NCBI RefSeq assembly: GCF_963921235.1
Contig: NC_086109.1
Location: 76,818,001-76,882,000, forward strand
Reading direction: 5' to 3'
Origin: Mobula hypostoma
Lineage: Eukaryota
Length of the DNA: 64,000 nt
Shown here: in pieces, positions 60,311-64,000 of the stretch
How positions within the stretch are numbered: the stretch's first letter is position 1
How the letters are laid out: every line of letters starts with the position of its first letter
Made by a program: the position numbers and the translations under genes
Notes under the pieces: model-generated
Database searches by the model: none
What the model was told of the DNA's origin: nothing
Seen by the model: the letters and a program-made list of their open reading frames with translations, nothing else

Positions 60311-60869
60311 GTAAGTAAGCACGACAATCACCTTTGATTATATCATAGTAGACTGATTCCTGAAGGGAATTTTCTATTTCTCTACTCTAAACTGCCAGTA
60401 CTTATTAATTTTGGATCAACTTTATTTGGCATATACATTTAATTTGTGTTGCATTGGCATTACATGCAATAAAAAGTTTCGACAATCAAAGATGAAAATA
60501 AACGTCAAGTTATGTAGGATGTGGATTAAAATGTGCATTCATACCAGCATGTATTCAGTGTAAACAGCATTATCAAAAAGTAGTTTAGTGTGTTTACGTT
60601 GCAGTGACTGGGGTAGAGGGTGGGGATGGGATGACTAGAATGTTGATCACAAACAGTCTGGAGGGAAGAAACTTTTAAGATGGAGCCAGCGACCAACAGT
60701 GATGTTTTGAAAGCAGCTTACAAAACTGCTAGATAATCTTGTAGATATATTTCTGAACTGTGATCACTGCAGTTTGTAATTTCCCTTTTAAGCATGTTCT
60801 TTTGAACTGACTAAACAATCTAGCGCTTTTGCAGTCTCCTGGTGGATTCAACCAAACTAAACTCCCAAG

Positions 60870-61610
60870 AGTGTAGGTACGGTCGGGGTGGACACTGTGT
60901 CGGCGCCTGATGCTGGAAGACAAACCCATAGCCATCTCCATTATTCTGTCCCATTTAAAACATTGAACAAGATTTAAATCATCGAGAATAAGAGCAGTAA
61001 GCAGATGTTCAGCGTTGTCTGCCTGTATTTGATTGGTCCTCCTTTCTTCTCACTACTGCTATCGGGTGGGAGGTGTAGGGGTCTTGGGTCCCTTGCCCCC
61101 AGGTTTGAGAGCAGCTATTGGCCCTGTAGCTATCAGATGGGCTTCACACACCTCAGCACTGAACGGGCTCTGCAGCTGTGGACTCTGCAATTCATGTTCC
61201 ATGTGTTTTTGTTTACTTTGATTATTTGCGTAACTTGATCAAGGCTGAGGGCAAAGGACAAACCATTGTTCAGTTCTTTACTCCCAGAGGTTTACTTCGG
61301 TGCTGAACTGACTGCAGCTGTGGCCTGCAACTATTGTCATTCACCTCAGTGCTGAAATGGCCCTGTGGCTATGGCCTGTAGCCACTGGGTTCCTGCACCA
61401 CCTTCTCTCATCTCCATGGCTGTAGGCTCACTTCTGGGGACTCTGTGGTTCGTGTTTTGTGTTATTTGTTTTCTGTTTGCCAAATTTTGTTCTTTTTCAC
61501 ACATTGTGTGTTTGACAGCTTTTTTTAAAATGGGTTCTGTGTTTCTTTGTGGCTGCCTGCAAGAAGACAAGTCTCAAGGTTGTGTAAAGTGTACATACTT
61601 TGAACTTTGA
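60870..61610 (+). mobile_element. Non-coding SINE-like element with internal repeats and a Rex/Babar-type tail
   Basis: Repeated gctgaa...gctgtggcctg units; tail gtggctgcctgcaagaag...ctcaaggttgt...tactttgaactttga. Confidence 0.55.
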
Positions 61611-62186
61611 AGTTTTTGCTTTAGTAGCCCAATAGTGCTTTCCAGAAGGGAGCTTCTGGAAAAGGTAGTTTGCTGGTTCTGTAGTGTCAACAATATTTCC
61701 TGCCCACTTCCTTGTCCTGTACTCATACAGTACAAGTCCTGCATGGATGGTAAACTGCAGCCAACGACCTTTATGGTACATGTTGGAATATAATTCTAGG
61801 GTCTGCTGTCATTTTCTAATTTAAAAGCAGAATGCTGGAAACTCAGCAGGTCAGGTTGTATATGTGGAAAGAAATGGTTAATATTTCAAATCCAAAGCTG
61901 GGAATCCTCTGGATTCTTGCCGAAATGATCATTCATCTCAAGTGATAAAAGCTAAGTGCTGCAAGTGCTGGGAATGTGAAATGAAAGCAAAATATTGGAA
62001 ATAATCTTTGGCTGTTACAAAATCTGAGATGAATTTTTCATCAGTATGAAATATGAATGTTACTTTTCCTCACACTACCATGCCAGCTGAGTATTTGTTT
62101 TTTTTTAAACTTTGGTGTATGTTGAAGGTTGTGTACCAGGAGGAGAAGAATAGGATTTGTGTTCAGTCATTCGTCTCTTTTAAAGT

Positions 62187-62925
62187 TGTGACAAGAATAC
62201 ACATAGATAAAGATGTAGCTGTCCTGGGCTGGCACCAGTGGAATCAGCAGTTGGTCTGCCACCTGTCTTCAGGAGAGAGAGAGATAAGGAAAACAATGGA
62301 GCAGCATTTGGAGATGTTAATGAAGGAAGGAGAACTGTCAAGATCGGCTCCCCCTTTGAACCCTGAACTGTTTGAAGTGATGGACAGGCGATACCCAGCA
62401 GGGGGATAAAAAGGGACAGGTTCGCTAAGGCAGGACACACACGACACCCAAGGTAACAAGACCCTGGAAGCGGTGCGTCTCTCACAAGTCGGTGGGAAGT
62501 ACTGGGCCATAAACACACAAGGTGGAAAAGCACGATCGGCGGGAACCTGGTGTGTGTCCACCCTTGCCTGGGTGCCAGGTTCACCGCAGGGAAACGATCG
62601 TATCTGGAAACGGAGGGGTCACGGTCGATCACCTCAGATGACATCACAAAGAACTCGCCCGAAAGCTGACTGCGAAGGTCTGTGTGGAAGCTTTGAATAT
62701 TCATTCGTTTTGCTCTCTCTCTCCTTCCCCCCACTGTCCATCGCCACGGCAGCGATTACTGCAAACTGAACTGAACTTTGTGTCACTTTGAAACTGGTCA
62801 TTTACCCCTAGACAACGATAGAGCTTGATTGATCCTGTTATCTTAATTCTGTGTACATGTATGTTTATCATTGCTGAACTGTTGCATTCATTATCCTTTT
62901 GATTAGAGTACTATGTTGCTTGTTT
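62187..62925 (+). mobile_element. LTR (probably Gypsy-type), interrupted near its 3' end by L1
   Basis: Sharp onset with TGTGAC, GC/CpG-richer non-coding block, TATA-like GATAAAA at 62405, T-rich U5-like end. Confidence 0.6.
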
Positions 62926-64000
62926 CTTTTTTTTATATAATTTTTATTGAGTTTTCAAAAAGAATACATGAAAAGATAAAATCTACCCACCCCCCTCCCC
63001 TTAACCCTCCCCCCCCATATATATAGTCCTACCTAAAAGAAAGAAAGAGAAAAAAAAAAGAAGAGCCGCCTGGGTATTGGAAGGTTTCCACATGCTCCAT
63101 GGGATTCAAAATAAATTTGGTATAATTATTAGTTATTTTCCCCAAGTAACCAAATTCTTTGTCGGAGCACTTAAATATGACATCCTATCTTTTGTAAATA
63201 AGGGCGCCAAATATTCAAGAATGTTAGATAAGTATCTCTTAAATTATAAGTAATTTTTTCAAGTGGAATAGAACTAGCCATTTCATTATTCCAACGATCC
63301 ATACTTAAATACAAATCAGATTTCCAAGTAACTGCTACAGTCTTCTTAGCTACTGCCAATGTAATTTTTATAAATTCTTTCTGATATTTATTCAATTTAA
63401 GTTTCGGTTAGAAATAATACAGGGTTATGTGGAAGTTGAATTCCAGTAATTTGTTCCAATAAGACTCTTAAATTTATCCAAAAGGGTTGAATTTTAAAAC
63501 AAGACCAAGTAGAATGTAAAAAAAGTACCAATTTCTTGATTACACCGCAAACATTTATCAGATAGATTTGAATTTAATCTATTTATTTTTTGTGGTGTAA
63601 TATATAATTGGTGTAAAAAATTATATTGTACTAATCTAAGTCGAACATTTATTGTATTTGTCATACTGTCCAGACAAAGTCTTGACCAATTTATTTCATC
63701 AATATTAATATTCAGATCTGTTTCCCATTTTTGCTTTGACTTATGGGTTCCTTGTTTAATTGTCTGTTCTTGAATCAAATTATACATACAAGAAATAAAT
63801 TTTTTAATTTTCCCTTTTTGAATTAAAATTTCAATTTCATTAGCTTTTGGCAAAAACATTGTTTGACCCAGCTTACCTATTAAGTAAGCCCTTAACTGAA
63901 AGTAGCAAAAGAAAGTATTATTAGATATTTTATATTTATCCTTTAATTGTTCAAATGACATCAATATACCTCGCTCAAAACAATCTCCTATAAATTTAAT
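62926..64000 (-). mobile_element. L1 LINE ORF2 C-terminus and poly(A)-like tail (runs off the window)
   Basis: SFEQLKDKY...YFQLR, WETDL, QYNFLHQLYITP, KCLRC (zinc knuckle), AKKTVAVTWK, FLNIWRPY; A-rich tail with AATAAA on the minus strand. Confidence 0.9.

Noticed and set aside
62180-62734. 184-aa minus-strand ORF and overlapping ORFs
   Set aside because: No recognisable motif; chance ORFs in a GC-richer LTR-like block.
60311-64000. Final tropomodulin coding exon (VRKRRVEG-like)
   Set aside because: No acceptor followed by such codons was found; it probably lies beyond the window.

Overview
Vertebrate nuclear DNA, most likely a cartilaginous fish (probably a ray; inferred only from the repeat content). 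The one host gene is a + strand tropomodulin of the TMOD3/TMOD2 type. Eight coding exons (34644-60310) have GT-AG sites and join in frame (1006 nt, 335 codons). The non-coding first exon/promoter and the last coding exon are not visible, so 1-34570 is probably intron 1. The rest is decayed and often nested transposable elements: CR1, Rex1/Babar-type, RTE and L1 LINEs, V-SINEs, three Tc1 copies, two Tigger/pogo, hAT elements, a Helitron 5' end, an LTR and many Penelope-like element (PLE) ends. No intact TE ORF is present, and most of the ORF track is TE debris or noise. Highlights: (1) a candidate 27-nt frame-preserving microexon at 45011-45037, flanked by UGC/YGCY, YCAY and UGCAUG motif clusters, that would insert into actin-binding site 1; (2) several 160-180 bp PLE-derived fold-back insertions with 14-15 bp target-site duplications (TSDs) and a minimal hammerhead ribozyme in the hairpin loop; (3) an unexplained ~350 bp duplicated element; (4) several informative nesting and repair signatures. 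Intron and exon numbering assumes the first coding exon is exon 2. Most TE boundaries were judged by eye and are approximate unless a TSD or TIR is quoted.
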